Source: Malacoraja senta
Lineage: Eukaryota
Length of the DNA: 64,000 nt
Assembly: GCA_038087875.1 (NCBI GenBank)
Contig: CM075995.1
Span: 7,008,001 to 7,072,000, forward strand
Reading direction: 5' to 3'
Every line of letters starts with the position of its first letter. Within the stretch, counting starts at the first letter, position 1. The position numbers and the translations under genes were made by a program. Below, piece by piece: positions 23,701 through 35,797 of this stretch. The notes under the pieces were generated by a model. The model searched no databases. It was not told the origin of the DNA and worked only from the letters and a program-made list of their open reading frames with translations.

Positions 23701-25551
23701 ACACCAGGGACAATTTACATTTACACCAAGCCAATTCACCTACAAAACCTGTACGTCTTTGGAGTGTGGGAGGAAACCGAAGATCTCGGGGAAAACCGGC
23801 GCAGGTCACGGGGGGAACGTACAGACTCCGTAAGGACGGCACCCGAAGTCGGGATGGAACCCGGGTCTCTGGGGAAGTAGGGACAATTAACAATTTTTCA
23901 AATGTCATAGTGCCTCTACTTTAGACGTTACATGGTGCATGGTACATTTACATGGTGTGATACATGGATAGGACAGGTTTAGAGAGATATGGGGAACTTA
24001 CAGGCAGGTGGGACCAGTGTTGCTGGGACATGTTGGCCTGTGTGGGCAAGTTGGGCCGAAGGGCCTGTTTCCACGCTGTATCACTCTATGACTCTATGAC
24101 TTTAGGGATATTGGTAATTCGGCCCCACCGTGTCTGCACCGACCAGCAATCCCCGTACACGAGCGCTATCCAACACTCTTGGGAAAATATACAAACTTTA
24201 CCAAAGCCAAATAACCTACAAACCTGCACGTCTTTGGAGCGTGGGAGGAAACCGGAGCACCTGGAGAAAACCCACGCAGTCACGGGGAGAAGGTACAAAC
24301 CCCGTACAGACAGCACCCGCGGTCAGGATGGGACCCGGGTATCTGGCGCCGTGAGGCAGCAACTCTACCGCTGCGCCACCGTGCCGCCCATGTCCGTGAC
24401 AACATGATGCCAAGATAGGCTAATCTCATCTGCCTGGACATGACCCATCACCCTCCATTCCCTACATATCCATGGATCTATCTAAAAGTGTGGTAAACAC
24501 CACTATTGTATCCACCTCCCCACCACGCCAGGCAGCACGTTCTAGACAACCTCTGGCCTCTGGAAAGAAAGCTTGCTCTGCACATCTCCTTTGAACTTTC
24601 CCCCCCATCCCCTCACCCTAAAGCTAAGGCCTTCAGCTCCGACCACAACTACACACAAACCTCCAAACACGGCCTAACCACAGTCACTCTCACAGCTCCG
24701 GGGACCCGAGTTCGATCCTGACCACGGGTGCTGTCTGTACGGAGTTTGTACCTTCTCCCCGTGACCGCGCCTATTACAAATTAACCTACGTCTTTGGGGT
24801 GTGGGAGGAAACCGGAGCACCCGGAGGAGACCCGAACAGGTCACGGGGAGAACGTGCAAACTCCGTACAGACAGCACCCGTGGTCAGGATGGAACCCGGG
24901 TCTCCGGCGCCGTGAGGCAGCAACTCTCAGTATAAAAGCAGAATAAATACATTGATACATTAAAAAAAACTGCGATCCTTCACATTCATTCTGCATTTAT
25001 ACTGAGAATGGAGGTTCTTATTCTTAATGGCAAAGTTGGCTCATCTCATGTAAGCCCAATCTCATGTAAGCCCATCTCATGTGACTGTCATATGAGGAAA
25101 GATTGAAAAGACTAGGCTTGTATTCTCTGGAGTTTAGAAGGATGAGGGGGAATCTTATAGAAACATATAAAATTACAAAAGGACTGGACAAGCTAGATGC
25201 AGGAAAAATGTTCCCAATGTTGGGCGAGTCCAGAACCAGGGGCCACAGTCTTAGAATAAAGGGAAGGCCATTTAAGACTAAGGTGAGAAGAAACTTTTTC
25301 ACCCAGAGGGTTGTGAATTTGTGGAATTCCCTGCCACAGAGGGCAGTGGAGGTCAAATCACTGGATGGATTTAAGAGAGAGTTAGATAGAGCTCCAGGGG
25401 CTAGTGGAGTCAAGGGATATGGGGAGAAGGCAGGCATGGGTTATTGATCGGGGATGATCAGCCATGATCGCAATGAATGGCGGTGCTGGCTCGAAGAGCC
25501 GAATGGCCTCCTCCTGCACCTATTTTCTATGTTTCTATGTCATGACAAAGA

Positions 25552-26385
25552 AGGCAGACACAAAATGCTGGAGTAACTCAGCGGGACAGGCAGCATCTCT
25601 GGAGAGAAATGGGTGTCGTTTGGGTCGAGACCCTTCTTCAGACTGAGTGTCGGGGGAAAGAGGTATGGAAGGGTAAGGTGTGAAAACGAGACAGCAAAGG
25701 GGACGATGTTCAAGGAAAATGTAGAGTAGATCATTGTTAGCGAGGGGAAGTTGACAACGAAGAATACAAAAATAAAATGTAATCAGGAGGACAGTCAGAC
25801 TGGTCGGAGAACTAGGATGGAAGTGGGTTGGAGAGGGAGGGAAAGCAAGGGTTACTTGAAGTTGGAGAAGTCAATGTTCATACCGCTGGGGTGTAAGCTG
25901 CCCAAGTGAAATATGAGGTGCTGTTCCTCCAATTTGTGCTGGGCCTCACTCTGACAGTGGAGGAGGCCCAGGACAGAAAGGTCAGTGTGGGAATGGGAGG
26001 GGGAGTTAAAGTGTTTAGCAACCGGGAGATCAGGTAGGTTTAGGCGGAGGTGTTCAGCCAAACGACCGCCGAGTCTCGCTGATATACGGGAGTCCACGCC
26101 TGGAACAGCGGATACAGTAGATGAGGTTGGAGGAGGTGCAAGTGAACCTCTGTCTGCCTCACCTGAAAAGACTGTCGGGGTCCTTGGATGGAGTCGATGG
26201 GGGAGGTAAAGGGACGGGTGTTGCATCTCCTGCGGTTGCAGGGTGAGAATGCCTGGGGTGGGGGGTGGTTTGGGTGGGAAGGGATGAGTTGACCAGGGAG
26301 TTGCGGAGGGAACAGTCTCTGCAGAAGGCGGAAAGGGGTGGGGATGGGAAGATGTGGCTAGTGGTGGGAATCCGTTGGATGTGCC
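25552..26385 (-). mobile_element. Penelope-like element 3' part (GIY-YIG endonuclease C-terminus + terminal repeat)
   Basis: GRLAEHLR..PVAKHFNSPSHS..LSVLGL..RKLEEQHLIF-like..GSLHPSGMNIDF; followed by the agtctgaagaagggtctcgaccc terminal repeat. Confidence 0.85.
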
Positions 26386-27287
26386 TCACTAAAAGGGATT
26401 GTCGGGGTCCTTGTACCGACATGTAACGACAAAGTTGTTTGTAGCTTGGCTGTGAAATTGGATAATTGCAAGTACTCGACAAGGGGGAGGAGGCACGGTG
26501 GCCCAGCGGTAGAGTTGCTGCCTTACAGCACTTGCTGCGCCAGAGATCTGGGTTCGATCCCGCCCAACGGGTGCTGTCTGTACAGAGTTTGCACGTTCTC
26601 CCCGTGACCTGCGTGGGTTTGCTCCGGGATCTTCGGTTTCCTCCCCCACGCTCCAAAGACGTACAGGTTTGTTGGTTAATTGGCTTGGGTTTGCAGACAA
26701 TAGACAATAAACAATAGGTGCAGGAGTAGGCCATTCGGCCCTTCGAGTCAGCACTTATACTCGATATAAGTGTAAATTGTCCCTAGTGTGTGTAGGCTTG
26801 TATTAAAGTGCGGGGGTCGCAGGGCGGCGCGGACTCGGAGGGCCGAAGGGCCTGTTTCCGCGCTGTATCTCTAAACTAAACTAAACTAAACCGTAGATAC
26901 AAAATGCTGGAGTAACTCAGCGGGACAGGCAGCATCTCTGGAGGGAAGGAACGGGTGACGTTTCGGGTCAAGACCCTTCTTCAGACTGATGTCAGGGGAG
27001 TGGGCGGGACAGAGATAGAATGTAAGTCGGAGACAGTAAGACTGGTGGGAGAACTGATAAGACGAAGGGGATGGAGAGAGAGAGAGAGGGGTGTGAATAT
27101 TGAAAGCTTACACCCCAGCAGAATGAACATTGACTTCTCTAACTTCAAATAGCCCTTGCTTTCCCTCTCTCTCCATCCCCTCCCTCCCCCCCCTTCCCAG
27201 TTCTCCCACCAGTCTTGCTGTCTCCGACTTACATTCTATCCATGTCCCGCCCACTCCCCTGACATCAGTCTGAAGAAGGGTCTCGAA

Positions 27288-27790
27288 GATTACGGAGAGT
27301 CGGTTTGTCAAGGAGGACCCTCTCGAACTCTCGCTCTCGCACAGTAGAGAGCATGCTGACCGGTTGCATCGTGGCTTGGTTCGGCAACCTGAGCGTCCAG
27401 GAGCAGAAAAGGCTGCAAAAAGTAATAACCACTGCCCAGTCCATCATCGGCTCTGACCTCCCTACCATCGAGGGGATCTATCGCAGTCGCTGCCTCAAAA
27501 AGGCTGGCAGTATCATCAAGGACCCACACCATCCTGACCACACACTCATCTCGGGTAGAAGGTACAGGTGCCTGAAATCTGCAACATCCAGGTTCAGGAA
27601 CGGCTACTTCCCCACAGCCATCAGACTATTAAACACAACTTCAAACAAACTATGAACTATAACAGCCTATTGCACTTTATCTGTGTATATATATATTCTA
27701 TGGTATATTCTGTTGTGCTGATGCAAGGCAAGAATTTCATTGTCCTATCTGGGACACATGACAATAAACTCTCTTGACTCTTGACTCTTG
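27288..27790 (+). mobile_element. Rex1-type 3' fragment inserted into a Penelope terminal repeat
   Basis: ORF 27305..27655 (TVESMLTGCIVAWFGN...KDPHHP); (CTCTTGA)n tail; host motif split as tctcga|...|tcttgacccgaaac. Confidence 0.8.
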
Positions 27791-29138
27791 ACCCGAAACG
27801 TCACCCATTCCTTCTCTCCAGAGATGCTGCCAGTCCCGCTGAGTTACTCCAGCATTTTGTGTCTACCTTCGATTTCAAGCAGCATCTGCAGCTCTTTCCT
27901 AAACTAAGCTGTTGCCAGTCATTGGCAATTTCTACCACGTCTTACACCATTTCCTCTCAGCCACGGCCTGCTTCCTGTCACTAACTGTGCTGGTGACATT
28001 TGTTCCTTTGGTCAGGCATGTTCACTATAGATACGGCCGATGTGAATCTTACACAACGCAAGTTGTTGCCACATCCTACAAGCATCGCTATTCCCAATTC
28101 TCAAAGTCAAGGGAGGGTCAAGCAGATTGTGGCAATCCAAGCCGAGAATTTCAAGGAGTGCAGGCAATGAAATTTTATTTTTTTAATTCGCTTTTTAGTT
28201 TGGGTTTGGTTCAGTTTATTGTCACGTGTACCGAGGTACAGCGAAAGGCTTTTGTTGGGTGCTAACCAGTTAGCGGAAAGACAATACATGATTACCATCG
28301 AGCCATTTTTACAGTGTATAGATACATGATAAGGGAATAACTTTTAGTGCAAGGTAAAGTCCGATCAAGGATAGTCCGAGGGTCACCAATGAGGTAGATA
28401 GTCGTTTAGGACCGCTCTCTGGTTGGGCTAGGATGTTTCAGTTGCCTGACAGCAGCTGGGAAGAAACTGTCCCTGAATCTGTGGTTTTAGAGATACAGCC
28501 GGAATCAGGCCCTTCGGCCCATCGAATCCGCGCCGACCAGCAATTACCCTTTTGCACTAGTTCTATCCTACACACTAGGGACAATTTACTGAAGCCAATG
28601 GTCCTACAGACTCGCTCGCCTTTGGAATTAAACTTTAGACTTTACAATAGACAATAGACAATAGGTGCAGGAGTAGGCCATTCGGCCCTTTCATAGATAC
28701 ATAGATACATAGCAAATAGGTGCAGGAGTAGGCCATTCGGCCCTTCGAGCCTGCACCGCCATTCAATATGATCATGGCTGATCATCCAACTCAGTATCCC
28801 GTACCTGCCTTCTCTCCATACCCCCTGATCCCCTTAGCCTTTCGATCCAGCATTCATGGCTGATCATCCACAATCAGTACCCCGTTCCCGCCTTCTCCCC
28901 ATATCTCCTGGCTCCGCTATCTTTAAGAACTTTAAAGATACAGAGTGGAAACAGGCCCTTCGGCCCACCGCGTCTGCTCCGACCTGCGATCAGCCCGTAC
29001 ACTAGTTCTATCCCACCCACACAAGGGACAACTTACAGATGCTACAAATAACCTACAAACCTGCGCGTGTTTGGAATTTGACTTTAAGCTTTAGAGATAC
29101 AGATTTTTAGTTGAGACGGTGCCAATATCTATATTTAC

Positions 29139-29192
29139 CTTGCTGATGTGGAACTCCAGCCTCCTCTTGTATCTTTCTATAGCTTTGATTTG
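29139..29192 (-). CDS. RIPOR2: RIPOR2-like exon, 54 nt (QIKAIERYKRRLEFHISK)
   Basis: ctctctctgcag acceptor, AAG|gtaaat donor. Confidence 0.95.
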
Positions 29193-31036
29193 CTGCAGAG
29201 AGAGAAGCAAATGTCTCATTAGACATCGCAACCTAACAAAAGGGGCAGAAGAGTAAATCACACTGATTGATCGAAAGGCGCAGCTAGAAACAGGCCCTTC
29301 TGTCCAGCAAGTCCATGCCGACCACTAGATCACCCATTTACACGAGATCGATCTGATCACACCTTTGCATCCACTCCCTACACACTAGGGGCAACTTACA
29401 CCTCTTGCTCGAGTCTCTTGCCCAGAGTGGGTGAATCTGGGACGTAGGTTTAAGGTGAAGGGGAAAAGATTTAATAGGAATCTGAGGGGTAACTTTTTCC
29501 ACACAAAGGGTGGTGGATGTGTGGAACAAGCTGCCGGTGGAGTTCGTTGAGGCAGGGACTATCGCAACGTTTTTTGTACTATTGAAACAGGTCCTTCAGC
29601 CCTACTTGCCCACGCCAACCAACATGCCCCATCTACACTAGTCCCACCTGCCTGCGTTTGGCCCGTATCCCTCTAAACCTGTCAAAATGTTTCTTAAACG
29701 TTGGGATAGTCCCAGCCTCAACTACCTCCTCTGGCAGCTCATTTCATACACCCACCACCCCACCACCCTTTGAGTGAAAAAGTTACCTCAGGTTCCCATT
29801 AAATCTTCCCCCCTCCCCACCTTAAATCCATGTCCTCTGGTTCTCAACTGGTGGCCTTGCTGAGGCAGCGTGAGGTGTAGATGGAGTCAATGGAAGGGAG
29901 GTTGGTTTGTGCGATGGTCTGGGCTGCGTCCGCAATTCTCTGCAATTTCTTGCGGGTCTTGGATGGAGCAGTTCCCAAACCAAGCTGTGATGCATCCTGA
30001 TAAAATGCTTTCTACGGCGCAGCTGTAGGAGTTGGTGAGAGTTGTTGGCGACGAGCCGAACTTCCTATGCCTTCTCGGGAAATAGAGGCGTCGGTGTGCT
30101 TACTTGGCCATGGCTTCAATATGGGCAGTCCAGGAGAAGTCTTGGATGGGGCTGATCTCAAAACCATGCTGGTGAACGTACAGTTATTCAGCAGTTACTG
30201 TCGGTCAGAAGGAATGCTCAGTGCTACACTTCCGCAGTGCTATCTCCTGTGGCCAGATCCTACAACTTGACTCGCTTCCTGCCCAGGCAACCAGGAGTCA
30301 TCAGGAGACAATCAGGAGGTCACACCCTTACAATTAAAGGACGTACCTTTGGGAAGGAGGCGAGGAGGAATTCCTTTAGTCAGAGGTTGGTGAATCTGTG
30401 GAATTCATTGCCACAGACGGCAGTGGAGGTCAAGTCGGTGGATATTTTTAAGGCAGAGATAGGTAAGATTCCTGATTAGTACGGGTGTCAGGGGTTATGG
30501 GGATAAGGTAGGAAAATGGGGTTAGGAGGGAGAGATAGATCAGCCATGATTGAATGGCGGTGTAGACTTGATGGGCCGAATGGCCTAATTCTGCTCCTAT
30601 CACTTATGACCTTAGGAGTTATAGACTTCTCCGTTCAAGAGTGTGTGGTTGGCCTTGTTGGTATAAGTGTATAGGAATATTACACTGAGATAGTATACAT
30701 GTTAATTTACTTTAATGGCAGAGTGGACTTGATGGGCTGAATGTTCTTATTCTGCTCCTATCCAATGAATATGAGCTCAGCGGGACAGGCAGCACCTCTG
30801 GAGAGAATACTCTGGTCGAGCAGCGGTAGAGTTGCTGCCCAACAGCGCTTGCTGTGCCGGAGACCCGGGTTCGATCACTACTACGGGTGCTGTCTGTACG
30901 GAGTTTGTACGTTCTCCCTGTGACCTGCGTGGGTTTTCTCTGAGATCTTCGGTTTCCTCCCACACTCCAAAGACGTACAGGTTAGTAGGTAAATTGGCTT
31001 GTATCAATGTAAATGTGTGTAGGATGGTGATAATTT

Positions 31037-31362
31037 CTTTAGTTTAGTTTAGTTTAGAGATACAGCGCGGAAACAGGCCATTCGGCCCACCGAGTCCGCG
31101 CTGACCAGCGATCCCCGCACATTAACATTATCCTACACACACTAAGGACAATTTTACACATACACCAAGCCAATTAATCTACAAACCTGTACGTATTTGG
31201 AGTGTGGGAGGATACTGAAGATCTCGGAGTAAACCCACGCAGGTCACGGGGAGAACGTACAAACTCCGTACAGACAGCACCCGTAGTCGGGATCGAACCC
31301 AAGTCTCTGGTGCAGCAAGCGCTGTAAGGCAGCGACTCTACCGCTGCGCCATTGTGCCGCCC
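31037..31362 (-). mobile_element. V-SINE (HE1-like), complete
   Basis: Same tripartite structure on the minus strand. Confidence 0.88.
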
Positions 31363-31650
31363 TAATGTTAATGTGCGGGGATCGCTGGTCGGTGCGGGCC
31401 CAGTGTGCCGAAGGGGCCTGTTTCCGCGCTGTATCTCTAAACTAAACGAAACTAAAGAAGGAGTGGGTGACGTTTCGGGTCGAGACCCTTCTTCAGACTG
31501 ACGTTTCGGGGTAACAGGGGAGCACACCTCCGATACACCAGAATATTCTGGGTCACGATGCCATGAAGCAAGATGCAATGTCACACTGCACAACGCCATC
31601 GAAACAAAGTCTCATCCCACAGATGAAAGAGTCACACTGTGATCACCCAC

Positions 31651-31674
31651 CTTATCGAGTTCATACATAATACC
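31651..31674 (-). CDS. RIPOR2: RIPOR2-like 24-nt microexon (GIMYELDK)
   Basis: ttttcttcacag acceptor, AAG|gtgggt donor; fills the G-x-x-Y-x-L-D-K segment between flanking exons. Confidence 0.9.
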
Positions 31675-31757
31675 CTGTGAAGAAAAGACATGAGTATTAC
31701 TTGAAAATCAATAACAAACTGCAGAAGCTAGAAATAAAAACAGAAAATGCTCAAATT

Positions 31758-31895
31758 TCTTCTTCTTCTTCTTGCGTGCACAGCCTAAAGTTGTAGGACA
31801 ACTTGGTCTATTTGATCTTATTTGATTGTGCTCGCCGGGTTGGTTGCATTCGTCGAAACAGGGCGGACCACATGAAGGTTGCAATCTCCCACCCC
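31758..31895 (-). mobile_element. Second copy of the HDV-like-ribozyme-headed short retroelement
   Basis: Flanked by direct repeat CTCAAATT (31750-31757 / 31896-31903); (GAA)n tail. Confidence 0.8.
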
Positions 31896-34141
31896 CTCAA
31901 ATTACTTCAAATTACTCAAATACAAAAAGGGTTCCGAGAAGATTTACGAGGATGTTGCCAGGACTTGAGGGTCTGAGCTATAGGGAGAGGTTGATGCACA
32001 CAGTCTCTTGCCCAGACAATGAGAATCGAGGACCAGAGGGCATAGGTTTAAGGTGAAGGGGAAGAGATTTAATAGGAATCTGAGGGATAACTTTTTTACA
32101 CAAGGCGTGGTGGGTGTATGGAACGAGCTGCCAGAGGAGGTAGTTGAGGCTGGGACTATCCCAACGTTTAAGAAACAGTTAGACAGGTACATGGATAGGA
32201 CAGGTTTGGAGGGATATGGGCCAACAGCAGGCAGGAAATGTAGTTCCTGGATTGTGCTGATCTCAGGCAGTCAGTTTGGGCAAGGTGGGCCGAAGGGCCT
32301 GTTTCCACACTGTATGAGACACAATAATGTCATCCATTTTGTTAAGGCGAGTGAGTGTGGGTTGCGTGGAGAGAAATCGCACAAAGGGTGGTGGGCGTAC
32401 CGAACGAGCTGCCAGAGGGGGTGGTTGAGTCGGGGACTATCCCAACGTTTCAGAAACAGTTAGCCAGGTAGGTGGATAGGACCGGTTTGGAGAGTTATGG
32501 GCCAAACGCGGGGCAGGTGGGGCATGTTGGGTGTGGACAAGTTGGGCCGAAGGGTGATTACGCGCGAGGGTGATTTTCATTTTTACCGATACCAATTAAC
32601 CTACAATACATGCACGTGTGGGAGGAAACCGATGATCTGGGACTGTCATATGCTGAGAGAATGGAGCGGATGGGCTTGTATAGCTCAGGCTCTCAAGTCC
32701 TGGCAATATTCCCACAAATCCTCTCTGCACTCTCTCCATCTTATCTGCGTCCTTTCTATAGCAGGGTGGCACAACACTCCAAATGCAGCCTCGCCAACTT
32801 CTTGTGTAACTGTAACATAACAGAAGTCTGAAGAAGGGTCTCGACTTCGGGTTTGTATACTCTGGAGTTTAGAAGGATGAGAGGTTATCTTAATGAAACA
32901 TATAAGATTATTAAGGGTTTGGACACGCTAAAGGCAGGAAACATGTTCCCGATGTTGGGGGATTCCAGAACCAGGGGCCACAGTTTAAGAATAAGGGGTA
33001 AGCCATTTAGAACGGAGACGAGGAAACATTTTTTCTCACAGAGAGTGGTGAGTCTGTGGAATTATCTGCCTCGGAGGGCGGTGGAGGCTGGTTCTCTGGA
33101 CGCTTTCAAGAGAGAGCTAGATAGAGCTCTTAATGGTAGCAGTCAGGGGATATGGGGAAAAGGCAGGAACGGGGTACTGATTGGGGATGATCAGCCATAA
33201 TCACATTGAATGATGGTGCTGGCTCCAAGGGCCAAATGTCCTACTCCTGCGCCTATTGTCTATTGTCTATTGTCTTGCAGACGGCACCCGAGGTCAGGAT
33301 CGAACCCGGGTCTCTGGCGCTGTAATGGCAGCAACTCTAACGCTGCGCCACCGTGCCGCCGATGTGTTCGAAGCAGATACTTTAGTAGCATTTAAGAGAC
33401 TTTTGGATAGCTGCATGGAAATGAAGGGAATGAAGGGATCATGGGTTATGTTTAGGCAGCTAAGTGTCAGTCTTGGCATCATGTTCGGCACAGAGGTTGT
33501 GGGACGATTCTTGTGTCCTATCCTTGTGCTGTACTGTTCTACATTCAATGTGCTACATTCCAGGAAGACACAAACAAAATTGCTGGAGTAACTCAGCGGG
33601 TCAGGCAGCATCTCTGGAGAGAAGGAATGGGTGACGTTTCGGGTCGAGACCGTCAGACTGAGAGTCAGGGGAGAGGAGAAGGGAGAGGTATAGATAGCGA
33701 TATAGGGAGATGTAGAACATCCTCGCAGGTCACGGGAGAATGTACAGTCAGCGCCCGTGGTCGGGATCGAACCCGGGAATAAGGAGTAAGCCATTAAGAA
33801 CGGAGACGAGGAAACACTTTTTCTCACAGGTGGTGAGTCTGTGAATTCTCTGCCTCAGAGGGCGGTGGAGGCCCGGTTCTCTGGATGCTTTCAAGAGAGA
33901 GCTAGATAGGGCTCTTAAAGTTAGCGGAGTCAGGGGATATGGGGAGAAGGCAGGACGGGGTACTGATTGGGGATGATCAACCATGATCACATTGAATGGT
34001 GGTGCTGGCTCGAAGTTGCCGAATGGCCTACTCCTGCACCTATTGTCTATTGTCTATTGTCTATTGTCTCCAGCGCCGTAAGGCAGCAAATCTACCGCTG
34101 CGTCACCGTGCCCGCCAGCGTTTTACCTGGACCTCACTCAC

Positions 34142-34220
34142 CAATCTGGAGGTGCCTCTCAGGTCGTGCAGCTGAATGGTCAGCTTGTCCAACTCTGCCT
34201 GGTTCACTTCCAGGTACTCC
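34142..34220 (-). CDS. RIPOR2: RIPOR2-like exon, 79 nt (EYLEVNQAELDKLTIQLHDLRGTSRL)
   Basis: tttacacag acceptor, TTG|gtgagt donor. Confidence 0.93.
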
Positions 34221-34313
34221 CTGTGTAAACGACAAAGCACAAGCTGTTTGCAACGGCAAATAGAACCTACTTTCAATGGACGCGACCCACCTTTAGACTG
34301 CTCGGATCATTCG

Positions 34314-34567
34314 AGGGCCTGTCCCACTTGGCGATTTTTTTCGGCGACTGCCGGCGTCATATCAGGGTCGCCAAAAGGTTTTGAACATTTCAAAATCCAA
34401 CGGCGACTAAAAAAATGTTGCGACACTTGAGAAAACACCGCGCGTCAATACGTCATCACGCCGTGTAGCCGCCGTGTCATACGTCATCACGCCGCATCAC
34501 GCCGCGTATTTTTCGGTGACCTGATACGTCAGTCAATGACGCTGTCAGTCGCCGAAAAAATCGGCAA
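34314..34567. mobile_element. Harbinger/PIF-like MITE, right tip lost
   Basis: AGGGCCTGTCCCACT left end; subterminal inverted repeat gattttttcggcgactg / cagtcgccgaaaaaatc. Confidence 0.6.
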
Positions 34568-35115
34568 TCAACATGGGGAACATTTTTCCTGCATCTAGCC
34601 TGTCCAATCCCTTAAGAATTTTATATGTTTGTCTAAAATACCCTCTCATCCTTCTATTTTCCAGTGAGTACAAGCCCAGTTGACCCATTCTTTCATCGTA
34701 TGTCAGTCCCACCATCCTGGGAATTAACCTGGTGAATCTACGCTGCAGTCCCTCAATAGCAAGAATTGTAATCATGTATGGTCTTTCCGCTGACTGGTTG
34801 GCGCACAACAAAAGCTTTCCACTGCACCTCGGGACAGGTGACAATAAACTAAAGATAGACACAAAATGCTGGAGTAATTCAGCGGGACAGGCAGCATCTC
34901 TGGAGAGAAGGAATGGGTGACGTTTCGGGTCGAGACCCTTCTTCAGACTGAACTAATGATGCTGCCTGTCCCGCTGAGTTACTCCAGCATTTTGTGTCTA
35001 CCTTCGAATTAAGCCAGCATCTTCCTACACATCCTGACAATAAACTAAACTGGGATTGAATTGCCGGTCATTAATCTTTAGTGTGGGGAAGGAGATAATA
35101 TTCATAATTTCTTAC

Positions 35116-35271
35116 ATTAATCCCCTCTTCAGCACCTCATACATTTCATCCATCCTCTTTGGATGTACGTCCTTTGGCATGCTGTTGTTCTTGTGGGCCG
35201 AAATGTTCATTTTCTTCAATTTTCCCTGCGGTTTTTTGAGGATTCCGTTATTTCCAACGAAGGAGTGACTC
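35116..35271 (-). CDS. RIPOR2: RIPOR2-like exon, 156 nt (SHSFVGNNGILKKPQGKLKKMNISAHKNNSMPKDVHPKRMDEMYEVLKRGL)
   Basis: tttcccatcag acceptor, AT|gtaaga donor; phase 2/2 fits neighbours. Confidence 0.93.
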
Positions 35272-35377
35272 CTGATGGGAAAGAAATTGGAATGAAATGG
35301 GCCATAGTCTCACAGCGTGGAAACAGGCCATTTGGCCCAACTTGCCCACACCGACCAACATGTCCCAGCTACAATTG

Positions 35378-35797
35378 TCACACACACACTCATGCACACA
35401 CGCATGCTAGCACGCAAACACAGACACACACATACGCGCACACACACACACGCGCACACACACACGCGCACACGTGCACACGCACACACACCCACACGCA
35501 CACACACATAGGCGCACACACACATAGGCGCACACACACACGCACACACACACGCACGCACACACACACACCCACACACACGCACGCACACACACACACC
35601 CATACACACACACACGCCCACACGCACACACACACACCCACATGCACACACACATACGCGCACACACACACGCACACACACACACCCATACACACACACG
35701 GCCACACACACACACACATATACACACGCCCACACGCACACACACCCACCCACACGCACACACACACACCCACCCATACGCACACACGCGCACACAC
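35378..35797. repeat. Degenerate (CA)n/(CACG)n microsatellite
   Basis: Directly visible. Confidence 0.97.
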
